A stretch of DNA of 62,924 nucleotides, filler included. It is 12 parts of 12 records of this genome, joined end to end, with 100 filler letters (N's around TTAATTAATTAA, not from the genome) between each part and the next. Parts side by side here need not be neighbours in the genome. Positions count along the whole stretch, not along the records: positions 1 to 5,436 come from SRR15195285_3; positions 5,537 to 9,676 come from SRR15195285_6; 10 more parts are not named here. One strand, given 5' to 3'. Position 1 is the first letter of the stretch, and every line of letters begins with the position of its first letter. Below, piece by piece: positions 1 through 9,234 of this stretch. Under the pieces are notes generated by a model that made no database searches, was not told the DNA's origin, and was given only the letters and a program-made list of their open reading frames with translations. The position numbers were made by a program, and so were the translations under genes.

Positions 1-191
1 AGACTTTCCCGCCCGTGAGCCGGCACTGTATTTCAAAAACGGCACGAAACGGCGCTGTCACGCCACTAGAGGGGTGCACTCGGGATAAAGGTGGGTGAAG
101 CCGCACAAAAGTAACGGAGAGCGCTAGTCCGATCCGAATTCCTCGAAAAAAAACGGTTGATGCGAAACGGTTGCCAATTCATAGCGTCGGT

Positions 192-228
192 ATCCATACT
201 GGTACCGGATCCATACTGGTACCGGATC
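192..228. repeat. 17-bp tandem duplication (ATCCATACTGGTACCGG x2) in palindrome-rich non-coding DNA
   Basis: Two exact adjacent copies at 192-208 and 209-225, followed by a partial ATC. Confidence 0.85.
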
Positions 229-764
229 TCTAGCACATGTACAGTGTAAGCGCCGGAGGACTCCGTGAGAAGCGAGGCGAGTTCCTCGAGGAATTCCTCG
301 TCCGCACAAACCACAAACCGACAGATGACGATCTGACTCGTCGGGCTTCCCCGTGCCGCCGTGGACATGCATTCATAATACAGCTGTACAGTACCGGAAC
401 AGGGATTTGCAAGTACTGCAGGATCCTACTATTCATTGAATGATTTTTCAATCAGAATCAGCAGACTTGGAATAGGTAGGAGAGTAGGAAGCAACTTCCC
501 GGGTGAACTTCGAGAGTCGTGACGTCGTGAGGCTTCTGCAGACTGACCAGTCGCACTGCCCTTCTTCACCCGCTGTTCTTCTCTTCGATGAGCTCATCGG
601 TCATTCTCATTCCCGGGTCAGTCAGTGAGTCAGTGTGTACACAATTCATATATATCTCGAATTACTGTCCATTTGGACAGAGCTCATTGGCCACTGTACT
701 AGACCGGTATTGTACCGGTTTGGCGGCGTTTGGGCCTGGCAACCTTGGGCTTCTTGGCAGCGCT

Positions 765-975
765 TTGGGGGCGTTCTTCGGGGCGATTGGAGGGGCTCGA
801 GGGCTGGGGAGGGCGGTTAGGCGCGGGGGGGAGGGCGGTTGTGGGAGGGCGGTTGTGGGAGGGCTGGTGGAGGGCGGGGGCGCCCACATCTACTGGCCAC
901 GTCATCACTTGGCGGTACGGTGGCAAGGGCGGGTGGCAGCGGGGGGGCGGGCTGTAAGGGGGGCTCCGGGGTCGG
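765..975 (+). promoter_or_regulatory. G-run-rich upstream region of the MLO-like gene (G-quadruplex-capable)
   Basis: Dense G3-G8 runs and a GGGAGGGCGGTTGT repeat about 180-390 nt upstream of ATG 1151. The function is inferred. Confidence 0.4.
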
Positions 976-1150
976 GACGATGGGCTGTGATTGAGTGGGT
1001 CACGGAGCGGTGATGTGAGCCCGCACGGCGAGCAGGGGGCTTCTGGAAGGCAGGCAGCGCGGCGAGCAGCGCCGCTGTGGACGGCGGAAGGTCGCACGCC
1101 ACGCCAGGAGCCGGCGCGCCGACGAGCTTTTGCCACAGCGTGAGCGAGCG

Positions 1151-4012
1151 ATGGGCGGCGCGATCTTCAACGGCAATATTAATGGGCGGGCAACGGCGTG
1201 GATGATGGTCGGGATGCTGATCTTCGCGGTGATGTGGGAGTCCTTCACCAGCTACCTCGAGCGGCGCTTCGAGGGCAACAAGGCACACAGCGAAATTCTC
1301 AGTGCGTTCTCCGGCACATTCACGCCACTGTGCTCTGCCCGCTGCACGCCTCGTACCTCCCGTTCCGTCGCATCAACGCGCGCGTGTCTTGTCCGAGCAG
1401 GTAAGGTCTACAAGGAGCTGATGATTCTCGGCTTCATCGCTTTCAACCTGATCATGGGAAAAGAGCTCGGGATCGTCACCATGAACGCCGAGACGCTGCA
1501 CTGCTTCGAGTTTTGCGATTTGCTTGTCTCGATCTGCGTCCTCGTGTATGTCGCAAACTGCGGTATTTCGTCGTCCGTCATGCACATAGCGCAGCGCGAC
1601 TGGGATCGTATCGCGCACACGTCGATCATAACGGTGATCGATGACCTGAATTTCTACCTGGACCGGCTCACGGGCTCGCGATGGAGGCGCTTCAAGCACC
1701 GCTTCGCTTCGGACTGGCGCAACGACGCAGATTTCAAGGTGATGGAGCTGCTGTTCAAGTCTAAGTTCCACCTGCCGCACAATTTCGACTACGTACACTA
1801 CATCAAGCTAGTGTTGCAGGATGTGGTTGTCACTATGGCCAACATCACCACGCTTCACTGGGGCATACTCACGGGCATGTTTGCCTTCTGGTGGGTTGGT
1901 ATGGTGTTGCTGCTGCCGATCCTAGGCCTGGATGCAACGCTTGAAAACAACAACATCTGCATGGTTACTTGTCCTGATGAACAACATCGCCGGCAGCTGG
2001 TGGCCGCTGCTGCAGCTGAGCCCGAGCCATGCTACGCGAAGATCCCAGGAGATACGTGCTCGATGAATATCACGGAGCTGCAACTAGCCTGGGATGATCT
2101 GGTTTCGAACACCTCAGTGGACAGCTACTGGAAGACTTGCGACGAGTGTCTCGCCGCCGGCGAAAATCTTGGACCAGATGACATCAGCAGCGATCTGACG
2201 CTGCGCTGGCTCGTGCTGTACTGCGTTCTTGGATGGCTGCTGGCGGCAACACAGGCCGGCATCGTGTACTCGCTTCATGAGCGCATGAGGCGAATTCTCA
2301 GCATGCATGATATCCACGAGCCACAGAATTTGCCGGAGCTCTTGAACAACCTTTACAAGAATGTGGTGAAGCATGCCTTGGCGGAGGGCGAAGCGCAGGC
2401 GTCCGGTAAGGTAATTGTCGATGACCCGAAGAGCGAAAGGACTGACGTCGTGCTAGCAAAAGAACTGCACCACCAGACCTTGATCAATCTGGACGATGAC
2501 GAGGCCAACAGCTATGAATCCGACACCATCATGGTTTTTTCGAGGGCAGGCAAAACGGCAAACGATGTGCTCTCCGTTCGTGAATATGAATCTTTGATGT
2601 TCGCCACGCAGCTGGTCCAGCTGCTAATCGATTTCTACTTTGGGTTTTACTTCGTGCATATGGTCCAGCGTGTACCAAAGGCCTTCGGTCATGAGCGGCT
2701 GTTCGATGGCGCGACAAAGCGGCAGCTTGTGTTCCACGGCATCATCATGGGTTCCGTGTGGACCGTGTTCAGCTTGCTCATGGTCACAACTAAAAAGATT
2801 TCACTGCTGTACGGCGTTCTCCACCTGTCGGAAGATGGAGTCACGAATGTCTTGAACCACATGGACATGGTCAAGTCCGTGAGAGGGAGGATTAAGAGTA
2901 CGCTCGAGAAGGTGACGCTCGTTCGTGGAGATCCGGATCCGGAGCAAGCGCAGAGACTGCTAGACCGTGCGGTCGGCGGTGAGTTGAAGCTTCTAGGACG
3001 GCTGAATGCATCAAAAGGTAGAATTAGCAAAAAAGAAATTGAGCAGCTGGTGGCAGGTCAAGAAAACTTAACCTTGACGAAAGAGGCCGTTGAGAGCTTC
3101 ATGGACCGTGACGCCTTCCAGCAGATCAGCAGCTTGCCCACAGCGCAGTCTCAAATGAGATTTCGAGTTGCGAATACGGCGACGACGCTGGTCTTTTCGA
3201 ACGGCGCGGAGCCTGCAGCAGACACTGTTGCAGTGGACGACTTCGCCGCATTCTTGGTGCAGTTTGTGACAGACATGATGTTCAAAGCCATGGAGAATGG
3301 GGCCACTGAGGCAGCACTGAACGATGTTCGCCAGGCGCTGCGCAATGTCGCTGTGGTCACAGACGGCATGATTGAACACTCCGAGGGAATAGCGCGAGCA
3401 AAGCTGCTCTTCGTTCTTGTAGATACCGACGGCGGCGGCTCGTTAACTCAAGGCGAGCTGTACAAAATGCTCCGCCGTTTCAAGGTACCGATCACGAAGC
3501 AGCAGTTCAAACCAATATTGCGTCTGATTGACCCGGACCAGAGCAAATCGCTTGAGCTAGACGAATGGCTAAGCTTCATGGTGTCATCAGATGATGATCT
3601 TGAGCACATAATGAGTGACGCGGCCAAGGTCAACCAAATGATCAATGCACGCAAAGGCGCAGATATTTCCACAGTCATGGGCGAAGGCGTCGGGCTATTC
3701 TTTGGTGAAACGGCGGGCAAAATTGTGAAAGGGGGCGTCGAAGTCGCGGAAAAGGTGGCTCAGGAAACAGCTGGAGTCGTTGGAAAAGGGCTGGACACGG
3801 TCGGCCTGGAGAGCGTGAGAAAGGAGCTTCTTTATGATGAGGAGGAGGAGGCTGCGAGGCAACGGCGCAGCGATGCGCTCGGCGCCTCACCTGGAAGCTC
3901 GGCGTTTGGAAGCCCGACGTCAGGCAATCGCCGAAAGAAGGGGTCGGAGTTCGTAAATCCAATGTCGGAGTCACTCATTCCCGACGACGAGGATAGTGGT
4001 GGGGAGGATTGA
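1151..4012 (+). CDS. MLO-family multi-pass membrane protein with C-terminal EF-hand pair; one intron (1302-1400)
   Basis: Removing the GTGCGT...CAG intron gives ILSKVYKELMILGFIAFNL (cf. MLO KEELMLLGFISLL). HNFDYVHYIKLVLQDVVVTMANITTLHW matches MLO FDFHKYI..SLEDDF..VVGIS..LW. Several TM segments. EF loops DTDGGGSLTQGE and DPDQSKSLELDE. Confidence 0.8.
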   Translation: MGGAIFNGNINGRATAWMMVGMLIFAVMWESFTSYLERRFEGNKAHSEILSAFSGTFTPLCSARCTPRTSRSVASTRACLVRAGKVYKELMILGFIAFNLIMGKELGIVTMNAETLHCFEFCDLLVSICVLVYVANCGISSSVMHIAQRDWDRIAHTSIITVIDDLNFYLDRLTGSRWRRFKHRFASDWRNDADFKVMELLFKSKFHLPHNFDYVHYIKLVLQDVVVTMANITTLHWGILTGMFAFWWVGMVLLLPILGLDATLENNNICMVTCPDEQHRRQLVAAAAAEPEPCYAKIPGDTCSMNITELQLAWDDLVSNTSVDSYWKTCDECLAAGENLGPDDISSDLTLRWLVLYCVLGWLLAATQAGIVYSLHERMRRILSMHDIHEPQNLPELLNNLYKNVVKHALAEGEAQASGKVIVDDPKSERTDVVLAKELHHQTLINLDDDEANSYESDTIMVFSRAGKTANDVLSVREYESLMFATQLVQLLIDFYFGFYFVHMVQRVPKAFGHERLFDGATKRQLVFHGIIMGSVWTVFSLLMVTTKKISLLYGVLHLSEDGVTNVLNHMDMVKSVRGRIKSTLEKVTLVRGDPDPEQAQRLLDRAVGGELKLLGRLNASKGRISKKEIEQLVAGQENLTLTKEAVESFMDRDAFQQISSLPTAQSQMRFRVANTATTLVFSNGAEPAADTVAVDDFAAFLVQFVTDMMFKAMENGATEAALNDVRQALRNVAVVTDGMIEHSEGIARAKLLFVLVDTDGGGSLTQGELYKMLRRFKVPITKQQFKPILRLIDPDQSKSLELDEWLSFMVSSDDDLEHIMSDAAKVNQMINARKGADISTVMGEGVGLFFGETAGKIVKGGVEVAEKVAQETAGVVGKGLDTVGLESVRKELLYDEEEEAARQRRSDALGASPGSSAFGSPTSGNRRKKGSEFVNPMSESLIPDDEDSGGED

Positions 4013-4590
4013 CACTAGTCTAATGAAAGTACAGTGTAGATGATGGCACGATGGGGCTGCCTCGGCAAGCTAGCAGAAAGTTCCACCTGAGGATCTGCTC
4101 TGGTGCGATCGCCTCTGTAGTTACCGCCCAGAACGAACGACTTCTTCGGCACCCGGCACTGATCGTCCGAGTCCAGTGTACACCGACCGCTACGGACTCT
4201 AGCGCGACGCCCCAGGCCGAATTCAAGAGTCGCGAGTGTACTACTATAGTGGGCCGTCGCATGGCGGGCGCCTCGCCGGCGCGAGCAGGCACGCACCATA
4301 TGAAACTAGTTAGTCAGAGTCGCGGCTTTGTGTACTGATGCACCAGGTAGTGATTATGAGAGTGTACCGATATGAGACTACGCGTTCTCTTCTATATTAG
4401 ATGACCTCGGGCGAGACGGCCCTCGCCTAAGCTGACCGTAGACGTGCCCATTTGCCACCCCGTTGGCACGCCACTGTAGTATCTTGCCTGGCTCTCTCGC
4501 TGCCTTGGTTTGCTGCGCCTTTTGACTGCGGAAGGTTGCCGCTTGATTCGCCATCAATTGCTGACTCTCGGTCAACTGCCAGGTGGCAGT

Positions 4591-5436
4591 CTACATTTTT
4601 CCGGCGAGAAAATCTCGCGCAAGTGGGAACCATTTGTTCGAGCACGGGCACATTCGGTCACCGTCAGGATTGAAGTGCGATACAGAGCACTCTATGCTGT
4701 GTGGGCCCTCGTCTGGCCGCAAGATGAAGATCGCTAGCTCTGGAACATTGTCCGCCACTATCTGGGCTAGTCGGTCCTTCATTGCAGTGACATCGCAGTT
4801 CCAGTTTCCACGAGACGTACTGGCGAGCATGGCCACGCCAACTTTATCGCGGGAGATGGCAGCGTTCAAAACTGTCGCGTTGTAATGCTTCAGCCATCCT
4901 GTGAAGTTCTGGCTGCCTGAAGTGCACCGCTCACACATGTAGTTGTATGTGTCGCCATCAAGCAGACGATCCACACTGTGTTGGATGTCGTCTATGTCTG
5001 AAATCACCGCGTTGTACTGGTTGGTGTACGTCGTCAGACGCGCGCCGAGGGGAGCAAGTGCAGCTCGCAGCTGCTTCAAATAGGCGGTGTACTTGACGGC
5101 GTCGGCCTTGGTGGAGTTGGGTGGCTCGACGTCCCACGAGATTCCCCGTAGCTTGTAGTTTTTGGTCAGTGCAACCATCCCATCGATCGAGTTGGAGGGA
5201 CTTTTGAACATGGCACGGAGAGAGTCGATCGACGGCGACCCGGTGATGCGCTCGGCGCCGATACCCATTGCATTGAGCTGTGGGATCATGGCGTCGCAGC
5301 CAACAGAAACCCCGGCCTCGAAAGAGCCATCCGGACGGATCAAGTCGCCACAATACAGCATGAGTGAAGTGGCGACCTTCGATCCGCCCTCTCGCTTCAG
5401 AAGCTGCCCCTGTGACCCAGCAAACCAGGCTTTTGT
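4591..5436 (-). CDS. GH18-like (chitinase/chitobiase-fold) glycoside hydrolase, 5'-truncated at contig end
   Basis: LRGISWDVEP resembles the GH18 DxxDxDxE strand (DxE retained). It is followed by YTAYLKQLRAAL..LGARLT and a D(R)LLDGDTY motif typical of TIM-barrel GH18-like proteins. Confidence 0.55.
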   Translation of the reverse strand, partial: TKAWFAGSQGQLLKREGGSKVATSLMLYCGDLIRPDGSFEAGVSVGCDAMIPQLNAMGIGAERITGSPSIDSLRAMFKSPSNSIDGMVALTKNYKLRGISWDVEPPNSTKADAVKYTAYLKQLRAALAPLGARLTTYTNQYNAVISDIDDIQHSVDRLLDGDTYNYMCERCTSGSQNFTGWLKHYNATVLNAAISRDKVGVAMLASTSRGNWNCDVTAMKDRLAQIVADNVPELAIFILRPDEGPHSIECSVSHFNPDGDRMCPCSNKWFPLARDFLAGKM

Positions 5437-5536
5437 NNNNNNNNNNNNNNNNNNNNNNNNNNNNNNNNNNNNNNNNNNNNTTAATTAATTAANNNNNNNN
5501 NNNNNNNNNNNNNNNNNNNNNNNNNNNNNNNNNNNN
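5437..5536. other. Artificial contig-joining linker. Identical linkers at 9677-9776, 14687-14786, 19217-19316, 23058-23157, 33124-33223, 36451-36550, 42234-42333, 47214-47313, 50874-50973, 55310-55409
   Basis: 44 N + TTAATTAATTAA (stops in all six frames) + 44 N, identical at all eleven sites. Genes are cut off at many of them. Confidence 0.97.
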
Positions 5537-5557
5537 ACCTTAGCGACACTTAAAAAT

Positions 5558-5631
5558 CCGGTGTGGGCACGCGCCACGCGCGCGCGGTCAGCGCGCGCGC
5601 GCGCCGGCGCGCGCGCGCACGCACACACCGG
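5558..5631. repeat. CG-alternating palindrome / hairpin
   Basis: Perfect 26-bp palindrome at 5593-5618 centred on CCGG, flanked by inverted CCGGTGTG (5558-5565) and CACACCGG (5624-5631). Confidence 0.75.
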
Positions 5632-5883
5632 CAGCGGCGTCGGATGGAGCTGATGGAGGCACAGATGCCCCTGGTTCTGTAGGTAGGCCAGCTTAGCGGG
5701 TGCACCCTGGCGCCGCCGAATTAGGCAGCAGGCGGAGGACTGAGGCGCAGGGTGGGGGGCATAGACCACGCCGAAACAGGCAGGCGAATCCGGCGTGGAG
5801 GGTGATCGCAGCAGGTTAGTGACTTCCGCAACGACGGAGCCTGGTGGTTCCTTGGTGCCGGTGGTGTTACTTGGTGCCCCACC

Positions 5884-8502
5884 ATGTCGGAGGAAGGCGC
5901 GCTGCGGGCTGCGCAGTCACTCACCACGGCACACCGCGCCCACAATCGTTTAGGAACGAGCGTGGGATCGTTTCGAGGAGAGCTCCGAGTAGACATGCCA
6001 GTCAAGAAGTTCACGTGCGCACAGCTGCTGGGCTTGGAAAGTGTAAGGAAGGACGCCAAACTCCCACGTGCTCGCTACAAAGGGACGTGTGCCCGTATTG
6101 CTGGTACCAGTACTGGGCGGCTCAAGCCAGGGCGAACTGGCAACCTTGTCGGAGCATGTGCCAATGATGCCAAAATCGATTGGGGTGATCTTCAGGACAG
6201 GCCAGATTGGTTCGAGACCATGTGCTCAGTGTGCTTCGCAGCATTCAAGCTGCAAACGTACGATTACAAGTCTGAGGGGAGTGTCAGAGCAGCACGCAAG
6301 CGAATGCGCTCTCTGCAGGCGTGCACGCGTTTGGAAGATTTTCACAACCTCTATCGCGCTGCTAGTACGCGTGAAGCTTCAGGCCATACATCGAGTTCGA
6401 TTCCAAAATTCCAAATCTCAGCGTCTGTGGCTGCCCCGACCAAACGTCCAGTAGCAACCTCACCGATCGGACAACGGCCTGCGAAGCAGAAAAAGCTCGA
6501 TCACCAAGCTGCTGCAACGCTGGCCACGTTGCAACAGACTCAGGGTGGATGTCATACGCAACCAACTGTACACGCATCGGCTCCGCAACTAGCAGCGAGT
6601 GCGAAGACCAGCCAGCAGGTGCCTACACAACTATTGGCACAAGAAGATACGACGGTCGAGAGACAAACTCCAAGGTTCACGGAGGACGAATCGAGGGGCA
6701 CACAAATCGAGTCGCGATGCACCCAGCCTGATTTCCAAAAGACCTTGCCAGTAGCGGCCGTGGCTAGTGTCCTGAGCATCAAATCACAGGAGAAACGGTC
6801 AGAACCAGGGGCGACTCGACAACTAGAAGCGGGAACAGTCGCGCCGAATCATCAGCCATGTGTTACTAACTCAGAGAAGGCAACCATCGAGACCTTTCCA
6901 CACGGTACAGTGTTAAGATGCACCGATTGTACCCATGGTACGCATTTGTTTAACGCCATAGCTGGTGAGGCAACCATGTTGTGTCCAAGGGACTGCGGCC
7001 GTAAGTTTGAGGCACGTTACCTTACGGTGCAGGAAATGGCGGAGACACAACGCCAACTCGTTTCCGAACGCGAGTTGATGCAAAGTGCGTTTGCTCAAGC
7101 ACTGAAAAGCCAACGGCGTGAGAACGAGAAACTACAACAACAGCTACATTTGCTTCATCAAAAACGCGGTGATGAAATCATTGACAGTGGTCATGTAGAG
7201 CACTCCGTACCAGCTAGCAGTATATCCAATGAGCAACACGGGTTAAAATCAGTACAGCATCACAAGTTCGCTGAGAAGGAGTGCCGGCAGCTATATGCCT
7301 ACTTTCAGCAGACGTGGAAACCTGGAAACCAGATGTACGTCAACAGCAATCTTTACCCGGGATTCTCTCGGTATAACAAAATACAGGCGGACGCTGCCAC
7401 GCGGGTACGGCACCAAAAGTTTCACACAGTTTTGCTCACATCGGAGGACGATACCACTGCCGAGACCCCAGGTTTGTACAGCAGGTTCAAAGAGGACCTG
7501 CCACGTAAGGCAACTGAAAATTGGGAAGCCTTGGAGCGCGAAGTTCTTAAAGTTGCCGCTGCACGCCGCGGAGACCATCACTCCGATTCCGTCCATAGCT
7601 ACAGTGATCTAGACGGTTCCTACACCGGATCTGCCATCTCGTTTCTATCTGGCAACTGGCATAGGTCTTGCGCAGCGACTGACGGAAATACCCTGAAGGT
7701 TACGTTCTTCTGCACACGGGACAGAATCCTCTGCGGCCATTTTTTGAAGCAAGACTCGAAGGCAGTTGCTCATTTCAGGTGGCACATCGACAACGACCGT
7801 GAGGAAGACGAACACGGCAACGTGTACAGCAACGAAGGTCACTGGGATGCAGTTGTTACGGTCGTCGTGGTGCTTGGGAACGAGGGTACTCCTTCAGGCA
7901 TTGCATTTCAGGCAACGCAGCCGGAGCCTGATCCAGCGGAGGAAGAACTGGAACGCTTGGAGCGCAGCGACCCTGGGGATATGGATATCACGCAGCTACA
8001 GGCTCTGTATGAGCACCTCATCGGCCGCGTGGCAACCGGCGCATGGGGCAAGGACGAGTCTGGGCTGCGTCTGAAGATTGCCGAGGCACATCGCAAACAC
8101 CTTCTCTTTTGTTGCTATCCTAACTTCATGGACGAGTGCGTTGACGTAGCACTGAAGAGCCAAGGAGCAAAGGGCGTCGAGATCAAAGAAAACGGCGTGA
8201 CCGTAGCCCTGGCGACAGTGGTGGAGAATAGGCTGCTGTGCATTTGCGTTCGCGACGATTTCCAAAAGTCTCGTTATGGTACGTTTCTGCTGTCCAAGTG
8301 CTGCACGCTTATCCCTGGCGACGAAATGGTGGTCGAAGCTGACTTGGTCTTCGAGGAGTGGTACAGACAGCGGGGGTTCGAGCGTGCCGGCAGCAAGGCG
8401 ACGGAAACATACGTGCTGATGAGAGCTGGCAAACGCGCGCTACTGGATGCTTGCAAGCAGCTAACGACGCGTCGACGTCGGCCTCGAATTGAGAGCTTCT
8501 AG
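5884..8502 (+). CDS. Intronless 872-aa multidomain protein: Cys-rich N-terminus, coiled coil, 2OG-Fe(II) dioxygenase-like domain (permuted) and C-terminal GNAT acetyltransferase
   Basis: Uninterrupted ORF. DSBH motifs HFRWHIDND..VVTVVVVL and GSAISFLSGNWHRS..TLKVTFF. GNAT motif A ICVRDDFQKSRYGTFLL and motif B EEWYRQRGF. CxxC pairs CSVC and CTDC..CPRDC. Confidence 0.7.
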   Translation: MSEEGALRAAQSLTTAHRAHNRLGTSVGSFRGELRVDMPVKKFTCAQLLGLESVRKDAKLPRARYKGTCARIAGTSTGRLKPGRTGNLVGACANDAKIDWGDLQDRPDWFETMCSVCFAAFKLQTYDYKSEGSVRAARKRMRSLQACTRLEDFHNLYRAASTREASGHTSSSIPKFQISASVAAPTKRPVATSPIGQRPAKQKKLDHQAAATLATLQQTQGGCHTQPTVHASAPQLAASAKTSQQVPTQLLAQEDTTVERQTPRFTEDESRGTQIESRCTQPDFQKTLPVAAVASVLSIKSQEKRSEPGATRQLEAGTVAPNHQPCVTNSEKATIETFPHGTVLRCTDCTHGTHLFNAIAGEATMLCPRDCGRKFEARYLTVQEMAETQRQLVSERELMQSAFAQALKSQRRENEKLQQQLHLLHQKRGDEIIDSGHVEHSVPASSISNEQHGLKSVQHHKFAEKECRQLYAYFQQTWKPGNQMYVNSNLYPGFSRYNKIQADAATRVRHQKFHTVLLTSEDDTTAETPGLYSRFKEDLPRKATENWEALEREVLKVAAARRGDHHSDSVHSYSDLDGSYTGSAISFLSGNWHRSCAATDGNTLKVTFFCTRDRILCGHFLKQDSKAVAHFRWHIDNDREEDEHGNVYSNEGHWDAVVTVVVVLGNEGTPSGIAFQATQPEPDPAEEELERLERSDPGDMDITQLQALYEHLIGRVATGAWGKDESGLRLKIAEAHRKHLLFCCYPNFMDECVDVALKSQGAKGVEIKENGVTVALATVVENRLLCICVRDDFQKSRYGTFLLSKCCTLIPGDEMVVEADLVFEEWYRQRGFERAGSKATETYVLMRAGKRALLDACKQLTTRRRRPRIESF

Positions 8503-8793
8503 TGCGTAATTGGAGGAGGTTGTTCTGCGGATGCATCGCTGGGCATATCGCGCTAATCAACCACAGAGTCGCCACTCTGCAGTGGCCAATGAATCGCTGG
8601 TGTTGTTCAACTCGGAATTCTTGATATTCTTGCAGTCCTAATTTTTTCACTTGGCACAATAGATGTGGTATCATCACATAGTTAGTACTAGCTCCTGTCA
8701 CAGTGGACTGCGGACGCCCACTCATACACCAGAAAGTCATTGTCGTAGAGCTTCCGTCTCTGCTGGTATTGTATCTTATTTTTTTCGCCAAAG

Positions 8794-9234
8794 ATGTCAG
8801 CCCTGAGTACAAACAGCGAGCAAAGACGCATGTCCACGATGCAGGACAACTCGGTAGCTCTCGCTGATAGCGTTGCTGAGCGGTACGCCAGTGTGATGGA
8901 CAGCCTGATCACTGACTGCAGCCGGCTCGAAGATCGTGTCGCTGAGCTCGAGAACAGTCTGCATGCGGCCGTGCAAGACCGCGACGCAGCCGCAGCAGAG
9001 CGAGACACCGCCCAACGTGAGCGCGACCAGGCGCTGCAAGATCTCGAGGATATCGAGGGCACGTTCGGTGACGAAGAGTTGCGCGAGTACTGCGAAGTCT
9101 GCGATCGCTTCTGGCATCGCGACTATGTGACCTGGTTTGCGCACCCGTTCGAAACTGAGGATGGGAGACACGTTAACAGTGCGTGTGGTGGCTGCTTTGG
9201 CCAGGTGCCTGTTGGACACGGGCCAGTTGCGTAA
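8794..9234 (+). CDS. Small coiled-coil protein with C-terminal CxxC...CxxC zinc-ribbon-like motif (start may be 8830 or 8839)
   Basis: Heptad region SRLEDRVAELENSLHAAVQDRDAAAAERD followed by CEVCDRFW...CGGC. No intron. Confidence 0.55.
   Translation: MSALSTNSEQRRMSTMQDNSVALADSVAERYASVMDSLITDCSRLEDRVAELENSLHAAVQDRDAAAAERDTAQRERDQALQDLEDIEGTFGDEELREYCEVCDRFWHRDYVTWFAHPFETEDGRHVNSACGGCFGQVPVGHGPVA

Noticed and set aside
588-1288. Gly/Pro/Arg-rich ORFs upstream of MLO, and likewise at 60923-61828
   Set aside because: By-products of G/C-run non-coding DNA with no domain signal.
5481-5492. TTAATTAATTAA as a biological repeat or recombination site
   Set aside because: Always centred in exactly 44+44 N; an assembly-concatenation linker.
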